64,000 nucleotides of DNA, taken from Caldisericota bacterium. Its GTDB lineage: Bacteria > Caldisericota > Caldisericia > JAAYUI01. The position numbers and the translations under genes were made by a program. Below the pieces are notes generated by a model, which saw only the letters and a program-made list of their open reading frames with translations, ran no database searches and had not been told where the DNA came from. This document shows, one piece after another, positions 39,401-48,690 of the stretch. Every line of letters starts with the position of its first letter. The first letter of the stretch is position 1. The DNA lies in NCBI GenBank assembly GCA_029548865.1, contig JAKPMO010000028.1, positions 39,629 to 103,628 of the forward strand, read 5' to 3'.

Positions 39401-39885
39401 CCGCAACAACGGGCCAGGGCAATGCCGAGGCCCTCCTCCAGATTGAGGTCTCAAACACCATGCCAGTGGAGATTTCACTGTGGATAGGCAAAAAAGAGGC
39501 GCAGGTGGGCGGGCAGAAAAAACAGCTTGCAGAGCCACCAACAATCATACAGGGCTACACAGTGGTGCCGGTAAGGTTCATTTCCGAGACTTTCGGGGCC
39601 AAGGTGGACTACGACCAGAAAACAAAGGAAATAACCCTAACATTCGGCCTGAAGCCTGACGGAAGCTACACCAAAAAAGTGACGCTCTGGGTCGGGAAAA
39701 AAGAGGCAACATCTGATTTTGGCTCGATGCTCCCGGCATTCCAGACGTTTGAACTGCCTGTTGCGCCAGCCATCATAAATGGAACAACAATGGTGCCCCT
39801 GCGGTTTGTCTCCGAAGTCCTTGGCGCCGATGTGGAGTGGAACTCCAAGGAAAGAAGGGTAGACATCAAGTGGTGGCCAGCCTGA
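36496..39885 (+). CDS. Secreted clan GH-A-like glycoside hydrolase (two tandem barrels) plus stalk domains
   Basis: WQIENE acid/base, FDAVDIHIY, FMTEYG nucleophile; repeated YDGDG; VPVRFISETFGAKV; start ATG 36496 after GGAGG. Confidence 0.75.
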   Translation: MKKIIIFAVCLFLLAQVSPVLEVSHAKNQMVVSIHGEGQVLGNELLGRTRLGFLDPYGYPKFSPKLTKLLFDSLGVKSYDEYKDELTKHLDGLAPTFYRQDFFMWAPGFEWKDAAKKIALESSKGIEHIITLNFRSFLPNNARTVGDIVEYYDGDGKDDNPFGAVVKIWQIENEINMKDIFWKGTLPEYAKHLLDCYNEAKNSDPSCVVVMAGEASDAENEVYADILRELGGQPAFDAVDIHIYGQATDSLMVERCSKSFKERLLDAGYDPNTPMFMTEYGTYCGKMPKMDDSSETMQAKTFAERTILALANGIKGVCYISCVDGVMDDKVDGYFSQMGLIHNGITKFGNGPWHKRKVFWTYKLLSYYLSQATFDDVLEVTLGVGIRAFRFSRPGLQPVYFVFLSDQETARKVPLPVTDKMRVTSLVPIGESGDEYDRLEDAIETKIIDPTDLNGIYTMLAKGPIAVEPLPSRTLSEKIGVAKLSASTDIDLPVGEVYLAKENAIKWMDGEKPDFSKTDLVISKLAKAGKSVILAINVEAECFSKPIEFAKFSKFIAAVVERYDGDGILDAPGTLCTKFHLDARISDTSYVSESSKCYAQMIKVASRAVSMASASAKLIVGGFSDNKTHIWPAILNELRKFQAEAGYPFFDIMAISNNFGSSRADSENYSFINRISRNTRKLLDENGLQRTPITCLSAMNYVGAAKDYPEQTERDQANELVKRIMTMIGNGCQTACWGMEKDVSSNIFGSCGLLDLNGNPRLSYYSMQKLLLETSKVQVLPYDLPGGKTTVGRWIAPEYNSLWGMRFGINDPFVIAWVNGSKPPTFSYVDFDFPVTQALELEYLVPDQKSGKETGGKPTFKKVTVFRQDGEFKIPVDRLEPFIIRPSNATAPKIEIKIDPAIMMVNPGQKDTATITVTGFEGEAILSAPSTKTLGTTISPEKVKSGQQATLTVSTLVASAGQQYTVAISATTGQGNAEALLQIEVSNTMPVEISLWIGKKEAQVGGQKKQLAEPPTIIQGYTVVPVRFISETFGAKVDYDQKTKEITLTFGLKPDGSYTKKVTLWVGKKEATSDFGSMLPAFQTFELPVAPAIINGTTMVPLRFVSEVLGADVEWNSKERRVDIKWWPA

Positions 39886-39910
39886 CAGTCACCAGCCAGT
39901 GGCAAAAAAT

Positions 39911-39942
39911 AAAAAATGCCCCGTCAAAACGGCGGGGCATTT
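39911..39942. terminator. Terminator between convergent genes
   Basis: AAATGCCCCG...CGGGGCATTT stem flanked by A/T runs. Confidence 0.75.
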
Positions 39943-39962
39943 CAATCTGGTAGAATAATCTC

Positions 39963-40259
39963 TTACGGTCTTCCGTTGAATGGTGGATACTCGTCGGTCA
40001 TGTATCCCATGTAACCGTTGACCCTCATTGACCACCTGTAGTAGCCGACCACGAAATCAAACATGCCCTTTGGATACTTGCCGGTGAACAAAATTGCCCA
40101 CCATGCGATGAATTGGACAAACATTGCGGCAATTCCGTAGAAGAAAAGGCAGAAGCCGTGAGGAATCATGACATAAAAAACGCCAAAGAATGTCCTGAGA
40201 AGCAGAATGCCCCTGGACAATTTTTCTGGATAATCAACATCAAGTTTCACTGGATACAT
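39963..40259 (-). CDS. DUF4389-like membrane protein
   Basis: YPEKLSRG...IPH...WAILFTGKYP...RVNGY...TDEYPPF. Confidence 0.85.
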   Translation of the reverse strand: MYPVKLDVDYPEKLSRGILLLRTFFGVFYVMIPHGFCLFFYGIAAMFVQFIAWWAILFTGKYPKGMFDFVVGYYRWSMRVNGYMGYMTDEYPPFNGRP

Positions 40260-40308
40260 AATTAAAATCCTCCTTTTTTGTGATTAATATGATTTTAAAA
40301 GTAAGCTC

Positions 40309-40337
40309 ATTATAGCCAATACCCTCTGCTCTGTCAA
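40309..40337 (-). promoter_or_regulatory. Consensus sigma70 promoter of the DUF4389 gene
   Basis: TTGACA-N17-TATAAT on the minus strand. Confidence 0.75.
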
Positions 40338-40575
40338 CCCCCCTGTTATCTTACTTTTTGGCAACAACTGGGCTGGAATGAGAAATTATGGCACAAATAA
40401 AAGACGATAACGGTTGCCGGTGATTTTTGTCTGAGATTTATAAAAATATTGCCTGAATTATTGCAAACGCTCTCTGTCAACAATGAGCAACGGCGAAACG
40501 TTTGCAACCCAAATTTGTTTTCCCTCTTTCTTTTTAAGATACAAGATGAGAGGAGAGTGGAATGTTGTTTTTGCT

Positions 40576-40981
40576 CCCTCTCCTTCCAGGAGAGGGCAGG
40601 GGTGAGGTGGTTTTGAGTTTCAAAAAGCAGACGTCTTAAACCCCCTCACTTGCCCTTTGGGCATCCTCTCCCAAAGGGAGAGGAAAAATATCAACCTTCC
40701 CAAAGCTGGCCAAAATCGGTGAACCCTCCCCCAGGGAGAAGAAAATATTTCATACTCCCCGCCGTGGGTGGTAAATTTATAATCCGCATTCAAAAGAAAA
40801 GACACACAAAGATGATGTTTTTAAGCAAGGCGCATAATTTATTACAATTCTCGCGTCTTCCCTTTCAGAAATGGCATGAGCAAAAGGTTTCTCCCCCCCC
40901 TCCCAAAATAGGTGAATATAAGCGGCATGCCTTTTTCCCTCTCCTTTCAGGAGAGGGTAAGGGTGAGGTGGTTTTGAATTT
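40576..40981. repeat. Cluster of REP-like palindromic repeats
   Basis: CCCTCTCCT-NNN-AGGAGAGGG-NNN-GGGTGAGGTGGTTTTGA at 40576 and 40937; inverted variant at 40638-40683. Confidence 0.8.
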
Positions 40982-41136
40982 GACACAGAGGGTATAATCC
41001 AAACAAATGATCGATTGCTTCGGTTGGAAAGTATAGATGGTAGGTTTGTTTTTAGGGTATCTTTAGGTCCAGATCACCATATTATTGCTTAATGAAAATA
41101 TTTTAGTTATTATAAAAGTTTGATGGGGGTATATAA

Positions 41137-43404
41137 ATGAGGTTAATAAAACGTGTATCTTATATCAAGAATTTTGGTGTATTTAAAGATTTTGATTGGG
41201 GCAAATCCAAACTTGATGATTTCAAAAAAAACAACTTTTTTTATGGTTGGAATTATTCTGGAAAAACAACTCTATCTAGGGTATTCGCTTCCATAGGAAA
41301 AACTATTGAAAATTCAGGCGAATGGCAAATTGAGCTAGATGACGGGAGCAAAATTAAAGAAAAAGACAGCAGACCAATAAATATTGCTATATTCAATAGG
41401 GATTATGTCTCATCTAACTTAAAAGACTTTATGATCAACAATGAAGGTATAGAAACAATTTTTGTGTTGGGTGAAAAAAATATTCAGCAAGAAACCGCTT
41501 TAAATGAAATTTTATCAGAATTAAATACGATTAAAAGCGGACATAAACATTTAGATATAATAATTAAAGAATCGGTGGCCAAACTCAGTAAATCTAAAAC
41601 TGACAAAGCAAGAAATATAAAAGAATTACTATCAATTCCTGGATTTGATGTAAAAAAACTAGATCCAATTTATGACGAAATAGAATTGTCCTTGAATCAG
41701 TGTTTGCTAGACGAAGAAAATTACACAAAACAAGATAATATTTATAGAACCTACGGTAATTATTCAAAAATAGATTTTTTTATGGAAAAACCTCAGATTA
41801 ATTATGGGATTGATATTGAAAATCTTAAAACAATTTTGTATAAGATACCCTCAATCAACATAAGCATACTAGATGTTGCTGATGGCGAGGATATTGTAGA
41901 ATGGATATATAAAGGCAAGCAACTTCATCAAGGAAAAACAAAATGTCTGTTTTGTGGTAATCTTTTGCCAAGCGATTTGCATGTAAAACTGGAAAATTAC
42001 TTCACAAAAGAATATGAGGAAATGCAATCTACCCTGAGTGATTTTGAAAATCATATTTCAAATCAAATTATCGAGATGGAGAAGATGGCTTTGCCTGATG
42101 AAATGAGATTCTTGCCTGAATTCCAGAAATCATATCTAGATAATAAAAATGACATTATTAATATTCGTGACAAAAATATCGCCTCATTAAAGCAAATAAG
42201 AGACTGCATTATAAAGAAAAAAAATGCAATAATCGAACCATTGACTGCTCCTTTGGAGGATTTATCAAAAGATTATGATTTATTTGCAGAAAATATTACA
42301 TATTTGACCGCTTTATTAAAAAATAATAATACTCAAATTGAACAGTTAGAGCATAGCAAAAAAACAGCAAAAGAATCGATTATAAGACATCAAATAGCAA
42401 CTTGGGCTATCAATAACAACATCCCAGAACTTAAGGAAAAGGCAGAAAGCGCATTAAAAGAAAAAGAAACATTAGATAAAAAACAAATAGATCTTGAGTC
42501 AAAAGAAAAATCTATTAGAGAGGAACTCGGTGGTATCTCAAAAGGAGCTTCAAAGATTAACGAATACCTGGAATTATTTTTTGGTAGCAAAAAATTCAAT
42601 GTAGAAGTTGTTAATAACAGATACGCGATCAAAAGGGACGGAGAGCTTGCAGAAAAGCTAAGCGAAGGCGAAAAAACCATAATTGCTTTTTCGCATTTTC
42701 TGGTTTCATTAGATGACCCCCAGAAAGGGGGCATTAAAGACCTAATTATTTTCATTGATGATCCAATATCAAGTCTGGATTCCAACCATTTATATATGGT
42801 GTACTGTGTTATCTATGAGAAATTTAAGGATTGCAAACAGTTATTTATTACCACACACAACATGGAGTTTTTCTCCCTGCTTAAAGACACAAGAGATTTT
42901 AAAAAAAGAAATTTATATTTTATAGAATTGGACAATTCATTGAGATCATGTATTAAAAAACCACCCTTTGTATTTGACAAATTTCGCTCCGAATATGTTT
43001 ATCTTTACTGGAAGCTAAGAGCTGTAAAAAATAATTGCTCTGATTGGAATAATGAAGATGAACACAGTAAACTATATACAATTCAAAATATCGCAAGGAG
43101 ATTCTTGGATACCTATCTCGGCGCAAAAAGACCAGATGGTGGTCCATGGAAAGATAAACTTTATCTGATAACAAGCGACATATATGAACAAAAATTAATT
43201 GATAAATTCACAAATGAATTATCGCATAACAGTGGTGGTATACAAAATATGATAACTTTCTCCAATATTAGCGAATGCAAGAATGTAATAAATCTAGTTA
43301 TCGATGGAATCAAAAAAAATGATCCAGTTCATTACGAAGCTTTAGAGGAAGCTATTGGAAATTCCTCCACCCAAACAGCTTCCTCACCTCAAGAAGGAGC
43401 ATGA
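41137..43404 (+). CDS. RloC-like SMC/ABC ATPase (AAA_13) with zinc hook and C-terminal HEPN-like domain
   Basis: YGWNYSGKTT, CLFCG hook within coiled coil, LSEGEK, FIDDPISSLD, TTHN, RSEY, RRFLD...NELSH; AT-rich. Confidence 0.75.
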   Translation: MRLIKRVSYIKNFGVFKDFDWGKSKLDDFKKNNFFYGWNYSGKTTLSRVFASIGKTIENSGEWQIELDDGSKIKEKDSRPINIAIFNRDYVSSNLKDFMINNEGIETIFVLGEKNIQQETALNEILSELNTIKSGHKHLDIIIKESVAKLSKSKTDKARNIKELLSIPGFDVKKLDPIYDEIELSLNQCLLDEENYTKQDNIYRTYGNYSKIDFFMEKPQINYGIDIENLKTILYKIPSINISILDVADGEDIVEWIYKGKQLHQGKTKCLFCGNLLPSDLHVKLENYFTKEYEEMQSTLSDFENHISNQIIEMEKMALPDEMRFLPEFQKSYLDNKNDIINIRDKNIASLKQIRDCIIKKKNAIIEPLTAPLEDLSKDYDLFAENITYLTALLKNNNTQIEQLEHSKKTAKESIIRHQIATWAINNNIPELKEKAESALKEKETLDKKQIDLESKEKSIREELGGISKGASKINEYLELFFGSKKFNVEVVNNRYAIKRDGELAEKLSEGEKTIIAFSHFLVSLDDPQKGGIKDLIIFIDDPISSLDSNHLYMVYCVIYEKFKDCKQLFITTHNMEFFSLLKDTRDFKKRNLYFIELDNSLRSCIKKPPFVFDKFRSEYVYLYWKLRAVKNNCSDWNNEDEHSKLYTIQNIARRFLDTYLGAKRPDGGPWKDKLYLITSDIYEQKLIDKFTNELSHNSGGIQNMITFSNISECKNVINLVIDGIKKNDPVHYEALEEAIGNSSTQTASSPQEGA

Positions 43405-45775
43405 CCACAACAGCAATCCCAAGCGGCCACAAGAGGAGCGACGGCGAAATCGGGAACAGGCCTAGCCTCTCATTGAGGTATGGCACATAGGCGCCAAGCA
43501 GCAAAAACGCGATGGCGCCAAGTCCCCACAGGTCCATGACCACGTTGCCAAACGGGTTCATCTGGACAAGCAGTTTTCTGTCCGACCTGGAGGCAAAAGC
43601 CAGGGCCACATGGCCGAACATCCACGCCGCAAAGGCCAGCGTTTTTGCGATACTTGCATCGCCAATGCTCAGCCAGAGAGCAAGGCCATATGTGATCCAG
43701 ACGACAGCAAACAGGGCAAAGCCCTTGATTGCTATGTCTGCAAGCACCTTTGGCCCAAGGACGTTCTCTTTCGGGTTTCTGGGTCTTCTTGTGTAGATAG
43801 AGCTTTCCTTCGGCTCTGCGACAAAAGCGGCGGAGGCGGCGAGGTCCATGAACAGCTCGAGGGCGATTATCTGGATTGGGGCAAACGGCATCGGCACGCC
43901 AAGGATTACAGGCAGGAGGAACGTCAGCACGAGGGCTATTTTGACCGAAAGGTAGTATTTGAGGCCCTTTTGCAGGTTGTCAAAAAACGCCCTGCCCTCA
44001 AAGATTCCGCTTGCAATTGTGTTGTAATTGTCGTCGGAGAGCACGACCTCGGCCGCGTCCCTGGCAACATCGGTTCCCCTTTTGCCCATTGCGATGCCGA
44101 TGTCTGCACCCTTGAGCGCCAGAACATCGTTGATTCCGTCGCCGGTCACGGCCACGACCTCGCTGTTTTCCTGGAGCGCCTTTACAATCCTGTATTTGTG
44201 CTCCGGGACTGTCCTGGCAAAAACAGACATCGTCCTGACGGTTTCTTTCAGCTCTGAATCGCTTATCAGGTCAAGCTTGTCGCCAGTCACAATATTTGCA
44301 GTGTCGATTCCAACCTGGTTTGCTATGAATGCGGCCGTCTTCGGGTGGTCTCCCGTGACCATTATGGTCCTGATTCCGGCACCTTTTGCCCTTATTATCG
44401 TTTCCCTGACGCCGTCCCTTGGCGGGTCTTCAAAAGCGATCAGTGATTCAAATGTCATCTGTTTTTCGAGCTTGTCAAAATCTTCCTTCGCCTCACCCTG
44501 GGTGAGGTTTTTTGTGGCGACAGCAATGACCCTTCTGCCATTCTCTGCCTGCTTTTCAAGCTCCCCGGAGACTTCTTTGGGGACACTGGCGCAGCTTGCA
44601 AGCACGTCCTCCGGCGCCCCACTCTTGTAGAGCGTATAAATCGAGTCATTTTTTCTGATCACAGATTTGGACTTTTTGCCATCACCAACCGACCTCTGTC
44701 TGAAAATTTCCGGCGATGCTGGCGATGCACCGAGTTCCAGCGCCTTCTGCTTTATTGATGTCTCCAGCGGGTTGCTTGAATAATCAGTGGTCGAAAGGAG
44801 CGCAAGAGACAGGGATTCTTTTGCGTCTTTCGGGAAAGTGGCAGCAACAGACATCTTTGCCTGCGTGATTGTTCCCGTCTTGTCGGTGACAATGACTGTT
44901 GTGTTGCCAAGTGTTTCAGCCGCCTTGAGCTTTTTTATCAGGAAGTTCTTTTTGGACAGCCTGTAGGAGCCAATCCCGAGCACCATTGTGATGATGATTG
45001 GCAGTTCCTCTGGTATTGTGGCAAAAGAAAGCGTCAAACCGGTCAGTATCATGGCCTTCCAGTCTCCGCCCCTGAGAAATCCGACAAGCGGTATCATTAT
45101 CGAGAAGAAAAGTGCCACCCACACAAGCTGGCCGGAGAGCGATTTCATCGCGCGCTGGAGGGCGGTCTTTGGTGGCTTTACGGCCTTTGTTTTTGCCGCT
45201 ATCTCGCCAAGCCTTGTGCTTGCGCCAGTTTTTTCGACTATTGCCTCGCCCTCGCCAAAGACAACGGCGGTCCCGGCGAAGATGGACTCGCCAGCGTCCC
45301 TGTCCTGTGGGAACGACTCTCCAGTGAGTGCCGATTCATCCACCTGGAGCCCAACTGACCTGATTATTTTTGCATCGGCAGCGACCTTTGTCCCCTGAGA
45401 GAGGGCAAGAACATCGCCAGGCACCACCTCAAGCGAGTCAACCTCCGCAACATTGCCGTCTCTTATCACCCTGCTTTTTGGGGTAGCAATCTCACCAAGG
45501 CTTGCAACGGCCTTTTTGGCCCTGTATTCGTTGAACACCTCGGCAAGCGTGAGGAGGACTATAATTGAAAATATCGTTATCGAATCGCCAAGTTCACCAA
45601 GAAAACTGTATATGATACCGACAGCGATTAGCAAAAGAATCATTGGTTCTGTAACTTCTTCGATGAAAATGCCAATAAAGTTTACCGTGTAGGGTTTGAA
45701 AATCCTGTTGGGCCCAAATTTTGCAAGAAGCTCCTTTGCTTTTGCAGAAGTCAGTCCAATATCATTCCTCGTCAT
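43352..45775 (-). CDS. Cation-transporting P-type ATPase (P2-type)
   Basis: LTGES, IPEELP, DKTGT, MVTGD, TGDGIND. Confidence 0.92.
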   Translation of the reverse strand: MTRNDIGLTSAKAKELLAKFGPNRIFKPYTVNFIGIFIEEVTEPMILLLIAVGIIYSFLGELGDSITIFSIIVLLTLAEVFNEYRAKKAVASLGEIATPKSRVIRDGNVAEVDSLEVVPGDVLALSQGTKVAADAKIIRSVGLQVDESALTGESFPQDRDAGESIFAGTAVVFGEGEAIVEKTGASTRLGEIAAKTKAVKPPKTALQRAMKSLSGQLVWVALFFSIMIPLVGFLRGGDWKAMILTGLTLSFATIPEELPIIITMVLGIGSYRLSKKNFLIKKLKAAETLGNTTVIVTDKTGTITQAKMSVAATFPKDAKESLSLALLSTTDYSSNPLETSIKQKALELGASPASPEIFRQRSVGDGKKSKSVIRKNDSIYTLYKSGAPEDVLASCASVPKEVSGELEKQAENGRRVIAVATKNLTQGEAKEDFDKLEKQMTFESLIAFEDPPRDGVRETIIRAKGAGIRTIMVTGDHPKTAAFIANQVGIDTANIVTGDKLDLISDSELKETVRTMSVFARTVPEHKYRIVKALQENSEVVAVTGDGINDVLALKGADIGIAMGKRGTDVARDAAEVVLSDDNYNTIASGIFEGRAFFDNLQKGLKYYLSVKIALVLTFLLPVILGVPMPFAPIQIIALELFMDLAASAAFVAEPKESSIYTRRPRNPKENVLGPKVLADIAIKGFALFAVVWITYGLALWLSIGDASIAKTLAFAAWMFGHVALAFASRSDRKLLVQMNPFGNVVMDLWGLGAIAFLLLGAYVPYLNERLGLFPISPSLLLWPLGIAVVVMLLLEVRKLFGWRNFQ

Positions 45776-46097
45776 AGAGAACCTCCTTTATAAGATGCTT
45801 TATCTTGCTCCTTGCCTCTTCAAGAGCTTTCTTGCCATTTTCTGTGGCCTCGTAGTAGACCCTCAGCCTTCCAGCAACCTTTTCCCTGAATGATTCAAGA
45901 TAGCCATTCTTTTCAAGCTGGTGGAGAATGGGGTAAAGCGTACCAGGGCTCATCTTGTAGCCGTGGCGTGAAAGTTCTTCTATAAACCAAAGCCCATATA
46001 CCGGCTCTTTCGTCGAGTGGTGCAATACATGCAGTTTGATAAACCCAAGAAAAAATTCCTTGGTAAATTTTTCCTCAAAACATATATCGCTTTCCAT
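45762..46097 (-). CDS. PadR-family transcriptional regulator
   Basis: YGLWFIEEL...SPGTLYPILHQLE...RVYYEATENG. Confidence 0.9.
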   Translation of the reverse strand: MESDICFEEKFTKEFFLGFIKLHVLHHSTKEPVYGLWFIEELSRHGYKMSPGTLYPILHQLEKNGYLESFREKVAGRLRVYYEATENGKKALEEARSKIKHLIKEVLYDEE

Positions 46098-46214
46098 TAT
46101 CGGATTTCGATATAATATTCAATTTTCCGTTTTCAAGAGAGGCTTTCATTAAAGTGTAAACTTTTTAAATACATGCACCGTATTAGATTTCAGAAAAGAC
46201 CAAGGAGGTTTCAA

Positions 46215-47621
46215 ATGAAGAAACTGTTGGCGGTTTTACTGACCATCCTCATGGCAGTCCCATTGTTTGCTTTCTCGCCTGTTTTGTTTGCAAAAGATGG
46301 CGACAAGGGCGGCGGCAATGGTGGAAAAGAAGAAAAATGCAACTTTACGGCAAGGTTTGAAAAAGAGCCCGCAACGATTGCAATGGAAGCCGGCCAGGAA
46401 GAGACTTTTACTTTGCTGGTCACAAACAATTGCGGCATGGAGCAGCTCAAGATAAAGGCTTCTTCGGAGAACACTGGACTGGAACTCGGCAATGCTGAGT
46501 TCGAGGTCGCACCAAAGGGCACCTTCAGGCTGACAGTCAAGATCAAGCAACCACCAAAATCTGGAACTTCTAATGAAGTCCACTGGATGATAAAGCTTGT
46601 TTCACAATATGGAAAACAGCTGGAATTCAAGTTTATAACAAGATACAAGATCACCCAGGAGTGCAGGTATAGCGTCAAGTGGGAGAAGGACCCAACATCA
46701 GGCAAACTCGATCCAGGGCAAGAGGGTGAATACAATCTTGTGGTCACAAATCTTGGAACTTCCAAAATAACCTTCAAGGTGACCTCGAAAACCGAAGGGC
46801 TTCGCTTCTCGGTAAATGAATTCTCTGCCGAGGCCGGGCAAAAGTTTATCCTGAAAGTGATAATAAAACAGACCGCAAAAGGCCAGGAGAATTTCTCGAA
46901 ATGGGCCTTTGTGATTGCAACTGATTGCGGCGGGCAAAAAGAAATTGTATTCAGAGTATTCTTTAAGGTAACGGAACAACCATCATGCAAGTTCACCTTC
47001 AGATGGCAAAAGTCCCCGGAATCCGTAAAGCTTGACCCTGGCCAGGAGGCCGAATTCCCGCTTGAGATCACAAACAAGGGCACACAAAAAACAACAATCA
47101 AGATTGAATACTCCGGTGAGTTCCTCAAGTTTTCGGCCAAGGAGTTCGAGCTGGAACCGGGTGCAAAGTTTGTGCTGAAAGTGACAGTGAAGCAGCCGCC
47201 GATCGGCAAAGAACCTGCCACAAAGTTCTCGTTTGTGCTTGTTGCCTCATGCGGACAGAAAGCCCAGATTTCCTTCAGGATTTTCTACAAGACACCACCA
47301 GCAAGTAACTGCGAATTTGAAGTAAGATGGGAGAAGAACCCGGCAAATACACCCCTCAAGGCCGGTCAGAGAGAATCATTTAACCTGCTCATCAAGAACA
47401 AAACGGGCAAGAACATGAAATTTGCTGCTTCCTCAGGCTCCTCTGCAATAAAGTTCAGCCCGGACAGGCTGGAAGTCCCAAACGGCCACGAGAAAAAGAT
47501 GAAGGTCACAATAACAATGCCTGGAAAACAGAATGACGAGAAGGAAAGAACATTCGAAATAACAATAAAGGCAGATTGTGGCACGACAAAGGTGGTCAAA
47601 TTTACCGTAAAATACAAATAA
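46215..47621 (+). CDS. Secreted Lys-rich protein with four ~110-aa Ig-like repeats
   Basis: Signal peptide; repeats of C-x-F-x-x-R-W-x-K-x-P...GQE...N...CG; start ATG 46215 after AGGAGG. Confidence 0.75.
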   Translation: MKKLLAVLLTILMAVPLFAFSPVLFAKDGDKGGGNGGKEEKCNFTARFEKEPATIAMEAGQEETFTLLVTNNCGMEQLKIKASSENTGLELGNAEFEVAPKGTFRLTVKIKQPPKSGTSNEVHWMIKLVSQYGKQLEFKFITRYKITQECRYSVKWEKDPTSGKLDPGQEGEYNLVVTNLGTSKITFKVTSKTEGLRFSVNEFSAEAGQKFILKVIIKQTAKGQENFSKWAFVIATDCGGQKEIVFRVFFKVTEQPSCKFTFRWQKSPESVKLDPGQEAEFPLEITNKGTQKTTIKIEYSGEFLKFSAKEFELEPGAKFVLKVTVKQPPIGKEPATKFSFVLVASCGQKAQISFRIFYKTPPASNCEFEVRWEKNPANTPLKAGQRESFNLLIKNKTGKNMKFAASSGSSAIKFSPDRLEVPNGHEKKMKVTITMPGKQNDEKERTFEITIKADCGTTKVVKFTVKYK

Positions 47622-47636
47622 ACGCTCTCTCCATAT

Positions 47637-47668
47637 AAAAAAAGCCCGGGTTTCCTCGGGCTTTTTTT
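47637..47668. terminator. Bidirectional intrinsic terminator
   Basis: AAAAAAAGCCCG...CGGGCTTTTTTT. Confidence 0.8.
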
Positions 47669-47689
47669 ATTTATCAGAAATGAATTTTT

Positions 47690-48646
47690 TTACATCGCCT
47701 CCTGGACGGTTTCATTCATCCACCCACCCCAGCCAGGCACCTCGGTGACATTGCCTTCTGGTGTGACGATCCTTTCGATCCTTCTCTTGTAGACCTGGGT
47801 CAGGCCAAGGCTCTCCAGGATTGCCGGCGTTATTGTCCTGTACTCCCTCTTTGAAATCGGATCGGTCTCCGGCTCCGAGCTGTAGGACACGCTCTGGTTG
47901 TAAACTGAAACCAGCATGCCAATGCTAGCCTCAAGCTGTGGCGAGGCATAGGTTACAGGCAGTTTCAGCTCCTCAAGGCAATCAAACCTTGTAAATGGCA
48001 TGCTGCTGGAGTGCGTGCCGCCAATAAATGCGTCAACTATTCTGTCCATTTCACCCTGCCCCCTCGCTTTGCTGGAAAGGCCGAGGCACTTTGTGGCAAC
48101 CATTTTGGCGAGATTGTACGCTCTCATTGCAGAACCAAGCACAAGTGGATGAAGGTCGATATCACCGAATATCATCTCCGGGTTGGCGCCATTTGTTTTT
48201 GCGTATTCAACATAAGTCATGATGTCATAGGGGCTGACCCATGCCGGGTTCCCATCAGCGCCAATCGGCGCAAGCGGGCTTGCTGTCTGGATGTGTACGG
48301 GGCCTAGCTCGGAGAGTGGCGACATGACAATTTCGTCGGCACCAAGGGCAATGAATGCCGCCGCGCTGAAGGCCTTGAAGCCAACAATAACCGACAGGTG
48401 GTCTGTAAACTCTCTCAAAAGGGTCAGAATTCTCCAGGCGCTCTCTGGTGAACCGCCCCTGGATGCGAGTATCACATCGAGTCTGTCTGTCCTGCCCATC
48501 GTCATGAGCTGGTGGTAGAGCGGAGGGACGACATCATCAGCAATCGAGGCGCCCTCCGGATGGAGAATGTAGGATATGACTTTCGAATTCCTCTCGGCCT
48601 CGATCCTTTCTATCGCCTGGTGGCGTTCGTTCCTTGTAGGGTCCAT
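47690..48646 (-). CDS. SDH-family ClpP-fold serine protease
   Basis: LDVILASRGGS, AFSAAAFIALGADEIVM, SELGPV, THS. Confidence 0.8.
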   Translation of the reverse strand: MDPTRNERHQAIERIEAERNSKVISYILHPEGASIADDVVPPLYHQLMTMGRTDRLDVILASRGGSPESAWRILTLLREFTDHLSVIVGFKAFSAAAFIALGADEIVMSPLSELGPVHIQTASPLAPIGADGNPAWVSPYDIMTYVEYAKTNGANPEMIFGDIDLHPLVLGSAMRAYNLAKMVATKCLGLSSKARGQGEMDRIVDAFIGGTHSSSMPFTRFDCLEELKLPVTYASPQLEASIGMLVSVYNQSVSYSSEPETDPISKREYRTITPAILESLGLTQVYKRRIERIVTPEGNVTEVPGWGGWMNETVQEAM

Positions 48647-48690
48647 TTTTGTGTCCTCCTTTTTGCCCTGTTAAATGTCTCTGGTCGCTG

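Noticed and set aside
40576..40981. CRISPR array
   Set aside because: Few copies, irregular spacing, mixed orientation and no cas genes
40620..40997. Short ORFs in the palindrome cluster
   Set aside because: They are translations of the repeats (e.g. PLLSGEGKGEV) with no SD or recognisable domain
46211..47221. 336-aa minus-strand ORF
   Set aside because: Antisense shadow of the repeat protein 46215..47621
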